Of a DNA stretch of 64,000 bases, positions 39,284 to 52,323 are shown in pieces. The notes beneath the pieces are model-generated. The model was not told the origin of the DNA. It worked only from the letters and a program-made list of their open reading frames with translations, and did no database searches. The translations under genes and the position numbers were made by a program. The stretch comes from Vermamoeba vermiformis (lineage: Eukaryota), in assembly GCA_045837725.1 (NCBI GenBank), contig JBEWZL010000115.1, positions 62,001 through 126,000 on the forward strand, in the 5' to 3' direction. Each line of letters begins with the position of its first letter. The first letter of the stretch is position 1.

Positions 39284-41168
39284 ATGAGGGCACAACAATG
39301 CGCGCACAAACTCTTCAATTATATTTGCAAGCGTAATAATCGCCCAGATAAATTGTCTTGGTCAGTGCCGCAATCGAGGAGGCATTCAACTCTGCCGCGA
39401 TCTGCTAACAAAACAATATTCGCATTGTCATCCGCTCCAGGTCGCGCAGGAATATCAGTAATTCGCATCTCTGGTCCTAAAGCTGCTCAGGTATGGGGTG
39501 CAACGACCAGATCTGGATCTAAAAAGACACGAATTATTATTAGTAATGATGCAACAGCGTGATATTTAGCTATTATTATTATTAATGTACCGATTTATTT
39601 ATCCCTCTTCCATGCGTTAATAAGTGAACTCACAGGTCGTTGAGCGCATGACTGATCTGACGCAGATGCCACCACCCCGCGTAATGACTAAAACAAAGCT
39701 GTATGCTGCGAATAGCAATGACAAAAATAGCACAGTTGCTTTGATGAACACAGCCCAGCGAGATCTGCTGGACGAATTGCTGCTGGTGTACTTCAAATCC
39801 GGTCAGTCGTGGACTGGCGAGGACACTATCGAGCTCTATTGTCACGGTAGGGCACTGTTACGCGTATAGTACTCACAACGACGTTAATGACCTGTTGCAT
39901 CCGCTGACAGGTAGCACGGCCATTGTGCGCGATGTACTTGCCAATTTAGGACAATTGCCTGAATTCGTGCCAGCTGCCGCGGGAGATTTCGCACGTCGCG
40001 CACTGATCGCTGGCCGCTTGTCCGATGTGACAGCAGTGGAGGGCCTGGCAGATCTGTTGTCCGCTGAGACCTCCACGCAGCGACAAGCCGCGCTGTGGGC
40101 CCTGCGCGGTCACGTGGGCGAGATATATCGGAGATACAGCCGCGAACTCACCAAGTGTCTCGCGTACTGCGAGGCCCTGATTGATTTTGGCGAGGACGAG
40201 GGCGTTGAAGTGCAGCACGAGTCTAAAAATAGCAGCACGTCGTTCTTTGATTCAGTGAAACAGACTTTAATCTCGCTGCGAGATCAAATGTCACGTGATC
40301 TCGTGCTGGCGCGCAAGAGTCAGCTGATACGCAGTGGTGTGCACGTGACAGTGCTGGGTCGGGCCAATGCGGGCAAGTCGAGTGTCATGAATCGACTCGC
40401 GCGGCGTGACGTGTCCATCGTGTCACCCATACGCGGCACCACGCGCGATGTGGTGCGAGCTCGCGTGGAGATACAGGGCATGGCGGTGGAGCTGAGTGAC
40501 ACTGCGGGACTGAATGCCAGCACGGCAGATCCCCTCGAGATTGAAGGCATCCGTCGCACACGTGACTTGCACGCGCACGAGACTGACATCACACTGGCCC
40601 TGGTAGATCTCGAGGCCCTGGTAGATGTCAAAACACTGCTCGCAGCACACCAGGACACGCTCGATATGGTAGTGGCACACAACACGCGCACGATACTCGT
40701 GTTCAACAAGCTCGATCTCGTAGCGGAGAAATTCACTCGCGAAGAATTGTTGCAAAGTATCTCCGCAGAGCTCCCCGATTCACTGAAAGCCGCGTCACGT
40801 GTGTTGGTATCGTGCGCGAGTGGCGAGGGATTGGACCAGTTGATGACCCTGCTCGAACAGCACGTGACTGCAGTGTACGCTGCGGGAGATACAGCGGAGA
40901 ATCAGGCCCCCGTAGTGATTCGCGAACGACATAGGCGCGAACTGGAAGAATGTGTCACGTGCTTGAACGAATTCATCGGTAAGAAACACGTGATTTGTCC
41001 AAGGGTACACTACAATAACCAAATTTAGATACGGCAAGAGTGGAACAGATCGAGATCGGAGCGGAACAACTTCGCCGTGCCATTCGCGCGCTCGGTCGCA
41101 TCACAGGTCACGTGGACGTTGAAGCCCTGCTCGATGTCATCTTTAGAGATTTTTGCATCGGCAAATAA
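39284..41168 (+). CDS. GTPBP3: Mitochondrial tRNA modification GTPase MnmE/GTPBP3/Mss1
   Basis: [59 protein letters not shown]-terminal FRDFCIGK. Confidence 0.95.
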
Positions 41169-41227
41169 ATCAGCGGACTTTATGTACAAATTAGGCAAGT
41201 GTTCTACAGTGACGACACGTGTCACAG

Positions 41228-42338
41228 CTACAGATTGACACCCGTGAGCAGTGCGTAACAGCGCTTGAGATTGGTGACAGCAGTGGTCACGTCGTCAAAC
41301 TGCAGCGCACTCACCACGTACTTGGCGTACTTTTGTGCCTCGATCAGCGCGTCATCACTCGGCTTGAACGCTCCGCTCACGTGATTGGTGGTCACGTGAT
41401 TGGTGGTCACGTGATTGGTGGTCACGTGCTGTTGTACAATCGGCACTGGATCTGGCACGTGTGACACTTGTTGCACAGGCACGTGATTGGTGACGGTGTA
41501 CTGTGTGGGCGGTACAGCGTTGCTATTTATAGACACGTGACTGTGGATGGGTGAAGTCGGTGTGGTGCTGGTCGGAGATATCATCGGAGATTGCGTGGCT
41601 GGCACGGTGTTCAGCGGTGAGCTCTGAGTGCCACTCAACTCCATAGCACTACTTGCAAATCCGGCAGTGAGCTCGGAGTCATCTCCGAAGTTAAGCTCAT
41701 CGCCACTCTGCGGAGGTGTCACGGGCCGTCCCTCGCGCACAGCAGTGTTGATCTGTCCTGCGCGCCACTTGGCATAGCGCACCAGCTCCGCAATCTCTGC
41801 GGGCAAGGCACCGAACAGCTTGCAGCACTCGAAGAAGATCGAGGCGTGCAGAAAGGCGCGCGCTGTCTCTTTGTTGGCGCGACCAGCTCTGTCGTCGTCA
41901 TCTGCGCGCTTGAATATGCGCGCTGCAAACTCGCGCATGTAAGTGTTCGCATCTGCACCTTTGAGCAGTCGATCGGCGACTGTCTTGTCTTGTTCGAGTC
42001 GATCCATCAGACTCAACAGATAGGCCTTAGACTCATCGCTGGGTGTCTTGGTGCGCAACTCAATGCCTTGTTGTACTGCATAATAGCGACCTATGAATCG
42101 AGCATTGTCAGTGAAATGCGAAATTGAAAAAAAGAAAAAATATTTTCATAATTATAGGAATGTGCAGTTATGATGTACAAAACCTAATTAATATTAACAG
42201 AACTATATTCTATAGCTAGTATATGAAAATCAACGTACAATAGTACGCAACAATTGGATCGTGCTTTTCTAATTGCTTTGCGGTTTTAATAAACCGTTCA
42301 ATGGGCTTTAATCCTGCTGGTACTGCTGGTTCTGCCAT
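41228..42338 (-). CDS. VTA1: Vps4 regulator Vta1/LIP5
   Basis: HDPIVAYYCRYYA, FKRADDDDRAG, YAKWRA (MIT domains); C-terminal AQKYAKYVVSALQFDDVTTAV (VSL). Confidence 0.93.
41378..41428. repeat. 15-bp coding tandem repeat (CACGTGATTGGTGGT) x3 plus CACGTG
   Basis: Encodes HVTTNHVTTNHVTTNHV in the VTA1 linker. Confidence 0.9.
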
Positions 42339-42528
42339 TACTATAGATTATTGTTATGGTGGTGCCTGTGTTTCTTGTAAATAATGCGTGTAAGTGCCGC
42401 AACAAGTGACACAATTTTCCCCCGAGCACGTGATCACTCTTTTTGACACGTGACTCGATCAGTGTACGAGAGTTAACGGTCAGGATCAGGATTAATATAA
42501 CACAGTTTATTTACAAGGGTAAGCAGCA

Positions 42529-44754
42529 CTACTGCGCAGGAGTGTTGGAGGGTTCAGAAGTCGTGGATGTGCTCGTGTTCTTCTTGGAGGCACTCGCTGC
42601 TGCCGCTGCTGAGGTGTTGGTCTTGCGTCCTGGCCGCTTCTTGCCGCGTCGCTGCAAGAGACAGGTTAGCTACAGCCACTGCTGCCACACAACTACGTAC
42701 CGTGGTGATCTTGGAGAGCAGCACTTGCTCCAGGGTCGTGACCTCCTCAGCCTTCTTCTTCGCCTCGCTCTGTTCGTGCATCTTGGGCACGGCGAGTTGC
42801 GCGAGTCTCTTGTTGTTCGCAGCATTGAGGGTGAGCTGTTCGCGCAGCTGTTGTTGCAACTTCTTGAGCTCTTGCAGTATCTCATCGTCTTCACCGATCT
42901 CCACGGGTGTGGCTGTGGGCTGTGCGGACACGACAGGCGCACTCGATGGCGGGGGCTGCGCGGGGTGTTAGTGCTGACACTAGCGTAGGACGTGGGTACT
43001 TACTTCCGGCTCGGAGAGATCGAGTCCGAGATTCATGAGCTCTTGCTTGATCTTTTCATTCAACAGCAGCTGACTCTGATAGCTGTACCCCTCTACTGGT
43101 GCAATGCCGAGTGGTATGGCGAGTCCTAGCGGATTGTTTGGATAGTTGGGGGCGCCATAGCCTCCATTCTCGTACTCGCCACCGAAAGGATCGGCCCCGT
43201 AACCCGACACGGAGCGATTGAGTGGCATGGTGCCAGACCTGTTGAATGGATTGCCCTGTCGTCCGTCCATGGCTTTTTTGTTGAGCGGACTCTGGCCGTA
43301 CGAGCCAGGCAAGGTCAAGTGCTCCTCCAACATGGCTGACAGAATGCGCGAGGTAAAGTTCTCGCAGCGCACGGGCTCCTCTTCCGCGAAGTGATCTTTG
43401 CCCTGCGCGAGCATGTTGTTGTCGCCAAAGCCGTCCAGTCCCTCGTCGTGGCCCATGTCACCAAACTGACCGCGCGAGGTGGTGAGTCGCGAGGACTGCC
43501 GACCGTAGCTGGTGTCAATGCCCTTCTCGTCCTCCTCTTGCCACACATCTTTGTAGTGCGGGCCCAGTGCAGGCAGTTGAAAATAGACGTCGTCAGGATC
43601 AATGCCGTCATTCTTGGGCAGCAGCGCATCAATGTCTGCTTGCGTCAGATCTTGGAAATAGGGCTCTAAATTCTTCCAGAAGTTGGGCGGTGTGCAGTAG
43701 TAGGGATGCGGCGCGTCCAAGTTCTCGGGATCGGAGTCGTACGAGCCATAGCCTGCCTCTTGTCCACCACTCGTGGGACTGCTCGGCTGCTTCTTCTTCT
43801 GCTTCTTGCGCGTGCTGCTGCGCGTTTTGGGCTGTTGCTTCTTCTTGGTGCTCTGCGTGTTGCCTGCTTGACCCGCGCCTTGCGGAGTGGCGGGTGTGCC
43901 TGGTGCGCCTGCCTTCTTGTCGTTCTTCTTGCCTCGTCCGCGACTGTGCGGCATGTTAAATGTGTCCAAGCCCTCCACGCCGATCAGTCCTGATTGGTCG
44001 AGCAAGTGCGATGAGGACTGACTTCGATTTTCAAAGTCGCTGTCGCTGTCCTCGTCCTCATCCACGCCCGTTTGATACGAGCTCGCAGGACTCTGCGGTG
44101 TGCCTACGCCCTCTTCGCGCTTGCGTTTGTTCTGACGCGAGGAGGGTCGACCGCGACCACGTGGTTGCACCGGTGGCTCGTCCAGTGCCATGTCATCGCT
44201 CTCCGCGTGCTCGCCAGGACGAGTGCGCTTGCCCTTGCTCGGTGTGCCCGAGTGTGGGGGCAGCAGTGGTGCACCTGTCATGGCATCGCGTCCTCCACCA
44301 CTCAACCGGATCTTGATCTTCAGCGGATTCTCTGTCATCTTCGCCCCTGGAGGCTCAGCTGCAGGATAAGGAGGTGGATTCATAGCATTGGGGTCCACAG
44401 GTTGATCGAGTCCTCCTTCGCTCTTCACTTGTCCGATTTTGAGCACGAGTTTAAGGTTGTTTGGATTGGTTGACGCGCTTTTAGCTGGTCTTGGCTTGTT
44501 TACATCGCTGTATGTGACGTCTTCGGAGTCCATGCTTGCATTGTCTTGCAAGTCACTGTATTCTCCGTCTCTAGTAAAAATTCGAGTCAAATCAGCTTCG
44601 GTAATTCGGCGCAAATAAATAATTATTTTTAAAAAACCTAGAAAAAATTGCCAATGCTAACAAAAACACTTTCATCACAATACTCGTCGCTATATATGCA
44701 AATAAATTGTTACCCTGAATATTGCTTCTTGTTGGCTTGTTTTCGTTTGCTCAT
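42529..44754 (-). CDS. ADA3: SAGA/ADA subunit Ada3/Ngg1-like
   Basis: PPNFWKNLEPYFQDLT..DI..L, LPALGPHY..VW, FTSRILSAMLEE, EKIKQEL..LGL, EDDEILQELKKLQQQL. Confidence 0.8.
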
Positions 44755-45025
44755 CGCGACACGTCGCCGCGATAATCGAGAGTGATTTGAAAATAGCGCT
44801 GACTAGTAGTAGCAGTGTGATGCGAATAAATGCTGAGCTGCAACTATCAAAGTTCAATTATCATTCACTGCTGTGCTGTTCACTGTGCTGCCTGGTGCTG
44901 AAATTGACCGTTGTGCGGTGTCTAGTTTTATCAGCACGAACATCACTAGTGCAACACTGCAGGACTTAGGGCGTGCTGCACATTACTTCAATATTGCATA
45001 CCAGCGACAAAACACGAGCAAGCAG

Positions 45026-46002
45026 ATGGAGATCGAGCAAAGTACCGAGCCCTACGAACAGTAATTAGTCTCGCTAAACTTACCGCCACCTTGTTGCCCA
45101 TCGTGTACTAATAATTAATTGCTCAGATTAAAGCGTCATTGGTTAAATGAGCAGAACGCACCAGAGATCTTACCTTACCAACGCGAGGCCGTAGAAGATT
45201 TGCTGGAGCTCGTTGAAAATCAAGTAAGTATGCTACACGCAATGCATAATAGTACTTTATTGACCGCGGCGTAATTGCTGCATTTAAATTATCAATTAAT
45301 TTTGGCGCATTTTATGGGCGCGCAATTATCGTACGCGTGTCAATTTATACGCTGACCTCGTAACTCATTGTATATAATAGCAACAATTACTGCTCGAAGC
45401 AGATGATGCAGACAAGCAATTTCTCGCCAATCTCTACACGATGGAAATCAATCGCATCCAGTACTTGCTGCAGTGCTATCTGCGTTGTCGCTTGATGAAG
45501 GTACTATTCGCCCACTCCAGCTCTATTAGGCTGCTAACACGTCTCAGATCGAACAACACTGTCTGTACATCCTCGCAGCCCCCACCATGACCGCACGCCT
45601 CTCCGCCGCAGAGCTCGAGTACGCGCAGGGCTACAAGTCGCTGCTCAGCACGCACTTGCACGCTGCATTCCTCAACGAGCTGCCTGAACCACTGCGCAGG
45701 ATTGACGACAACAAGGACGGTGTCAATATGGGTACGTATACTGTACTGTCGACCTAATCTGCCCCGTATTGACTTGCACAGTACGCGAACCGAATCTGGA
45801 TCAGCATGTGTTGTGTGTCGTGGATGAGAACATTGGCAACTTCTCCGTAGATAAGGAGTACGTACCATGAGTCATAGTGTGGCATATTAACAGTCTTGCT
45901 AGTCGTGACAGCACCGTGCCGCTGAGCAAAGGTCAGATCTTTGCCTCACGTTATTGCAACATCTCGGGTCTGTTGTTGGCGAACAGAGTGCATCTAGTGT
46001 AG
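45026..46002 (+). CDS. SLD5: GINS complex subunit Sld5 (GINS4), multi-exon
   Basis: LKRHWLNEQNAPEILPYQ, MEINRIQYLLQCYLRCRLMKIEQH, RLSAAELEYA, EPNLDQHV; missed by the ORF track. Confidence 0.92.
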
Positions 46003-46123
46003 TATAGTAATGTAATTCATGTATAAAGCTGTTGTTATAACTACTCTTATTTGACAAGGTTTATTTATATACGCAAAGTTTTCAAACAAAAAAGGGGATC
46101 TTACATGCAACTTACAACAGCGA

Positions 46124-48203
46124 TTAAATCCGCTCACTGCTGCCTTCAGTACCAAAGTTGCCGACACGATAATTCCAAATTCGGGCACGGTTATCACCGC
46201 TACCGGTGGCGAATCTGCCGCCAGAGCCCTCTTTGTCGCCAGTGAGTGCCACGCTGATCACGCTGTTCTTGTGGCCGTGCAGACGCATGTGTGTGATGCC
46301 CGTGCGCGGGTCCCAGAACTGCACTGCGCGGTCCTTGGAGCCCGACACGAGCCAGTTGCCGCAGGGACTGAATGCGACGCTGAGCACAAAGTCCTTGTGG
46401 CCGCTCAGTGTGGTGCGACAACGCGAGCGCGCACGACCACCGAGATCCCACAGCTTGAGCGTCTTGTCGAGCGAACCACTCGCCAGCCACTTGCCGTCAG
46501 GACTGAAGGCCACGCTGTAGACGCTGTCGCCGTGTCCTTCGAATCGATCGCGAATGTAGCCCGTCTCTGCGTCCCACAGCCGCACAATGCGATCGAGTGA
46601 GCCAGCAGCGATCAGCTTGCCGTCAGGGGACATGGCCACACTGGTCACACCGTCTTTGGGACCGACTTCTTCGCCGCCCAAGGTGAACACGACCTTGCCA
46701 GTCTCGACGTTCCAGAGCTTGACTTTCTTGTCGCCAGAGCCCGAGAGCAAGAACTGACCGTTGGGCGAGAAGTCGAGTGAGTAGATGTCGAGATCGTGAC
46801 CCTGCAGATCGTGCTTGATCACTTTGCGCTCAATGTCCCAGATCTTGATGGTCTTGTCCTCGGCACCCGTGGCGAGATATCGGCCGTCAGGACTGAAGCA
46901 CACGGAGCGAATGTACAGATCACCTTCCTTGTGCGACTCGTCGGTGAAGGTGTGCACTTTCTTGCCCGTCTCCGCATCGAAGACATTGGCGCTCTTGTTG
47001 AAGCCAGTGGCCAGGTACTTGCCGTCTGCACTGAACTTGACGCAGCACACCACGCTGTCGTGTTCGAGGGTGTGACCCAGATCAATGTCCAGTCTGCGCG
47101 ACACGGCAGGATTGAAGCCAATGACCCAATCGTGGCCCTCAGTCTCTTCTTGCGGCTGTTGTTTGATGGCAGGGGTCGTGAGTGCACCACTCGGCACTGC
47201 ATTGCTGCCGCGACTGGACTTGAGTCCGTTGTCGTCACTCGTGCCGCGCAGTTCCGCAGAGTTGAGGCCTTGCAGCGGTGTCATTGCGGGCACTCCTGGC
47301 AAGTTCTGCAAATTTGACACGGAATTGGCACCAGGGCCAGCAAGTGGTTGACCGAGGCCCAAATTAGGCAATCCACTGCCAAACGGCGCGGGACTGTTCG
47401 AGAGTTCAGGACGCTTTTGAATATTTGCAGGTGCAGGACCGGGACCAGGGGCACCAGGCAATCTACCAGGGCTCGGGTGCGGGCTGGCTCCGGGCAACAA
47501 GTGCGGCGATGTGCCAGGCTAGCGAGGGGGTGAGTCACTGCAGCCTAGGTACACATATACATATACACTACATAGTACGTACCAAGGGATTGAGTCCATT
47601 GGGCAGACCAGGCATGCCGAGTCCAGTGCTGGGCAAGACGCCCGAGTCCAACATACCTCCTCGCGCTGCACCAGCTGTCAGTCAAGGGGGCAGTGATAAC
47701 CAAATAGGGCGTACCTTTATCGAGAGAGGGTATAGTGACTGTATTGCGATTAGCGGGTATATTGTTGGTGCCGATAATAGGGGTGGGACTGTTTGTAGCG
47801 CTGCTGGCTGGATTTGCATTGAAAGGCACGGAACTGCCACCAACGCTCTCTAACTGTCGCCGTAGCCTCAGAATTTCATCTTCGTACCTAAATTAAGTCA
47901 TTCGGTGAGTGTCGAGCTCGTGCCTCATCAGTTCGCACCAAATAAGGAACTGGAACCGGAAAGATTTTTGACACGACAAATATTACCCGTTTAATTCAAA
48001 AAACGAGGAAAAATTTTTTTATTTTTTTTTAAAAAATTTTTTTGGGGGGATTAAGAAAGAAAATTTTTAATTTTTTTTTTTGAAAAAAAAAGGGGGGGGG
48101 GGGGGGGTTTTTTAAAAAAATTTTTTTTTTTTTTTTTTTTTAAATCTTTTTTTGGGGGGGGAAAAAAATGGGAAATATTTTTTTTTTATTTTTTTTTTTA
48201 TAA

Positions 48204-48244
<41 letters not shown>

Positions 48245-48909
48245 ATTTAATAACGATTGTGGGGTTATAATTGGGTCCTACTTAAGAACCAATAGATGAA
48301 AGATTATAAATCCTGTAATTATGAGAAAAAGCAAGGAGTGCTAGAAAATTGATTTCTGAATAAAACACTTACTGTTGTTTCATCTTGGTTTGTGCACGTT
48401 CCAACTCATTAATTTGCTGTGTAATATTTGACATTTCTTGAATTTGAGCGTTCACTGTAGTTGAGAGAAATACAAGTATTAATTAGTGACCCAGGAGAAA
48501 ACAAAAAAGATATCCGCATGCAAATCTATAATTGTTTCCGCTCTAAAACTGGCTACAAATTAATATTACTTACGTTTTCGTTCAAATTCATCTCGTTGCA
48601 TTTTATACATATTAACATCGTGGGCCAGAGTTTCAAACTCTGCCTTGAGCGTATCCATTAACTCTGGAATACGAACAGAAACTAACGGACGATACATTGA
48701 CGCTAGTTTGATATCTATATTCCCGATGAGTTATTTAATTATAAAGGCCACGTCAATTAAGTTCACCACAAGAAAGATCTTCGCAAAAAAACAAATTAGC
48801 ATTCCTATTTTTAACAATTTAAGTACTTACTCGGTGCAGCCGTGCTCTGCTTTCGGGTAAAAAAGGTGACATTAAATCGGACCTGAATGATTCGATTTCT
48901 TTCGTCCAT
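46124..48909 (-). CDS. TUP1: Tup1/TupA transcriptional corepressor
   Basis: Tup_[29 protein letters not shown]40 [48 protein letters not shown]; start codon uncertain. Confidence 0.93.
47990..48245. other. Homopolymer-rich low-complexity tract inside a TUP1 intron (probable sequencing artefact)
   Basis: Runs of T, A and G up to ~30 nt, unlike any other intron in the window. Confidence 0.7.
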
Positions 48910-49164
48910 TTTTCAACGCAAAAACGTTACTTTTTGAACTTTTCGGTTTGCGCGCGAGAACGCAAAATTCAAGGGTTTGCTGATTTTCGGAATTTCCTTA
49001 GGAAGCTAACCGAACTCCATGTTAATTAAGGAGGAAGTTAAGCATGTAGCCCGAGTAATCAGTTCCCTCATTTTCTTTCCAGGCCTGTCCCTACCCGAAT
49101 CCGATTATTTCTCATTTCAAACCACCGATTTAACCAAACAACACAAACACAACTCGACGACACC

Positions 49165-50031
49165 ATGGCGAAACAAACACCGCCAGTACCACACCAAAAG
49201 ACTGGCGAGGCCGTATTTGGCAAAATGGAAAAAATTGTAAGCACGAGCTAACGTCATCTACCAATGTCATTAATAATTTGTATTTTTTAGAATTCAGAAT
49301 TATTTACATTAACGTATGGAGCCATTGTTTGGCAATTATTGCAGGATTATGAGGACAACGTGGATGAGGTTAATAATCAATTAGAAAAAATGTAAGTGAG
49401 TAAATAAGTGGAAAAAATATTAAATGTGTATGCAAAGGGGCTACAACATCGGCTTGCGATTAATTGACGAATTTTTGGCTAAATCTGGACAAGGACGCTG
49501 CCGAGAGCTCAAAGAAACAGCTGACGTAATTGCTAAGGTAACAATTGCGCATTATACTCGTTTGAGGACTATTTAGTGTCTTATATATTATTGATTGCGA
49601 TTGTGTGACAATTCTTGCAGATTGGCTTTAAAATGTTCTTGGGCATTACAGCTACAGTAGTAAGGACTCGTAGAGCTCGCTGTATAGTGTTCATTAGCTA
49701 ATCAGCTTTGCAGGTCGGTTTTGACGCTAAAAATCGCGAATTCAGCTTGCAACTCGAAGACAATCCGCTGACAGACTTTGTGGAGCTGCCAGACAAGTAC
49801 CGCAACAAGCTCAACTACAACAATCTGCTCTGCGGCGTCATTCGCGGCTCACTGGAAATGGTACGAGAAGCGGCATGAGAATAGACAGCCTTGCTAATTA
49901 TCGATAATTAGGTGCAAATGGACGTCGAGTGCAAAGTGGTGCGCGACATTCTGCGCGGTGACGACGTGTGCGAGATCAAAGTGCACTTGAAGGACTACTT
50001 GAAGGACGAGATGCCCGTGGGCGAGGACTGA
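49165..50031 (+). CDS. BET3: TRAPP subunit Bet3/TRAPPC3, multi-exon
   Basis: NSELFTLTYGAIV, LEKMGYNIGLRLIDEFLAK, IGFKMFLGI, NPLTDFVELP, LLCGVIRGSLEMV. Confidence 0.96.
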
Positions 50032-50363
50032 GCAGCTGTGTGTTGTGAATACTATTCGTGTGTTGTACATCTGATTATTAAACCTCTTTCCGCTGTTGTC
50101 TGCTTGCTGTCCTGTGCACTGCGATCCGATGCACGCTGTTTCCCATACAGTGCGTGGCGTGTCAGTGTTAATCAACTACTGTGTCTGTGTTACATCCTCG
50201 TGACTGTGTTCATTCTACCCGCCGAGATTTCATTCTTGCTTTCTCACCCGCCAAAATTGTTGCAGCGCGGCACTGCCTCGTCAGTTAGCACTGTGCCGTT
50301 AAGTGAGCTACATCAACACCAAGCAGGGTCTTATTTCTTTGTTATGTTCTGAACTGCACCATC

Positions 50364-52141
50364 ATGAGCAAACCAGAGAGCAATACTGCTGCAGATGAGA
50401 ACAAAAGCAGCAGTGGAGTCATGCACTTAGAACACGAGTGGATATTGTATTATGACGAAGGTGCCCCTAAAGGTCAAGAGAACACCCCATTCGAGAGCTT
50501 TGTCAAAGTGATAGGCCAGTTTTCGACTGTTCAGGCAAGAATTTAAATTATTTCGCGAACTATTTGTCTCATTGCATTCAATATTCGGAAAAATATTAAT
50601 CTGATATGTGTTAATTATTTTAGGATTTTTGGAGATATTGGAATAACATAGATGTAACCAAATTTCCTAGCTACGCGAATTTGCGATTATTCAAAAAAGA
50701 TATTAAGCCAATATGGGAAGATTCTCACAATGTTAAAGGAGGCAAGTGGGTGAGTAGCACTATTCGAGCACACTACACACGACTTTGACTGACGCGGTGC
50801 AGCTGATCGAACCGCGCAACGATGACATATCGCAGATGTGGCTCTACTGCATATTGCCGATGATTGGCGAGCGATTTCAGTACTCCGACGAGATAGTAAG
50901 TGTTCCTGTAGTCTCAGTGCACCACTCACCTCGCCTCTTGCAGTGCGGGGCCGTGCTGTCCTTCAGACCCAAGCGCAAGTCCATTGCACTCTGGAACCGC
51001 GACGCGAGCAAGACAGAGGTGTGCGACAAGACTGAAGCGGATCTGCGCACATTTCTCAAGCTGCACCACCCTGGCGACATTCGCTATCAATCGCACGCGG
51101 TACGTGTCCCTAGCAGTTACAGCTGAGTGCTGACGCGTGACACAGGACTCGTACGACTTCAAGCCCAGTGAGCCCAAGGCCAGTGCACTCAAGAGCAGTG
51201 TTGAGGCACCGCCACGACCCTCGCGCGTGCCAGAACGACAGCCCGCACCGCTGACCAAGAAGCACAGCTTTGACGAGGACGAGGACACCTTCAGCTCACC
51301 GTTCATTGAACTCACGCACCAATTCGAGCCCAAGACCACCGCTGCCCCGAGTCCTGCAGTGCGCGAGAAGAGTGATCGCTTGAGTGCGCGTGCAGCCAAG
51401 TACAAGCACCACAAGACGAGTTCGCAGCAGCGCGACACCAGCACGACACCGAGCACGAGCAGCACGATGCAGCCTCCGAGTCCACAGCGCTCGTACAGTG
51501 TGGGCAGTCTGCAGCACTTGTACTCGCTGTACGAGCAACACAAAGCACGCCGCTCCACGCGCAAGTCCTCGACAGACAACACCAAGAAGAGCAGTGCGAG
51601 TGGTGTGCAGAACAATCCTGCGCTCAGTCTCTCGCTCAACACCACCGCACTCGTCTCACCGCGCAATGTGCTCGCCACCTCCCTCACCACACCACCTGTC
51701 TCGCGCCGTCGCTTGCGTCGATCGCGCCGTTCAGACTCTCAGACAGGTTCGTGGGACAAGAAAGATCCGCTGAGCAGTTCGCTGGGCGGCATGACGACGA
51801 GTTCCGACGAGGAGAGTGTCGTGCTGAGTGCCAGCAGTGGTGCCAGCAGTGCGCGCCATCACCGCCGCTCCTCGTCCTCGTACAGTGCGGGCAAAGAGAT
51901 GATCATTCACGGGCACTCGCGACACCACTCGCGGCACTACTCGCGCGACAACAGTGCTGTCACACCCAAGCCCGTCAACGACAGTGCCACCGCGACACAC
52001 GACAGCAATCACAAGTCCCCGCAGATTGGTGGCATCCCCTCGCAAGTGGTGTTCATCTGCGGCACCCTGCTGCTCGTGTTTGTGGTGATGTTCTGCTACC
52101 GCATGATCGTCAATTCAAAAGTGATGCTCATTCAGCGGTGA
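50364..52141 (+). CDS. eIF4E-family protein with Ser-rich extension and predicted C-terminal transmembrane helix
   Basis: HLEHEWILYYD, FSTVQDFWRYWNN, LFKKDIKPIWED.HNVKGGKW, ICGAVLSFR, IALWN; in-frame splice 51100-51145 to a tail ending VVFICGTLLLVFVVMFCYRMIV-NSKVMLIQR. Confidence 0.85.
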
Positions 52142-52323
52142 GGGGGCACTTCATTGGTACCAGCACACTTCTACTCGAGGGGTGGTTCATTTTTTTAATG
52201 ACCAGGTGTGTTGTTGAACTCCCTATGTACATAGTTATCAATAAATAGCGTTGTGCGCTGTATTTACAACTGTACATCCGAGTAGTAGTATACACCATCC
52301 ATCCTATGAATACACACCATCCA

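Noticed and set aside
40597-40628. 18-bp duplication in MnmE ([12 protein letters not shown])
   Set aside because: Simple in-frame slippage with no further structure
41378-41428. Short repeats as a CRISPR-like array
   Set aside because: No spacers, coding context, eukaryotic locus, no cas genes
47990-48245. Poly-T/A/G tract as possible G-quadruplex or retro-element tail
   Set aside because: Chaotic homopolymer runs inside an intron look like low-quality consensus sequence
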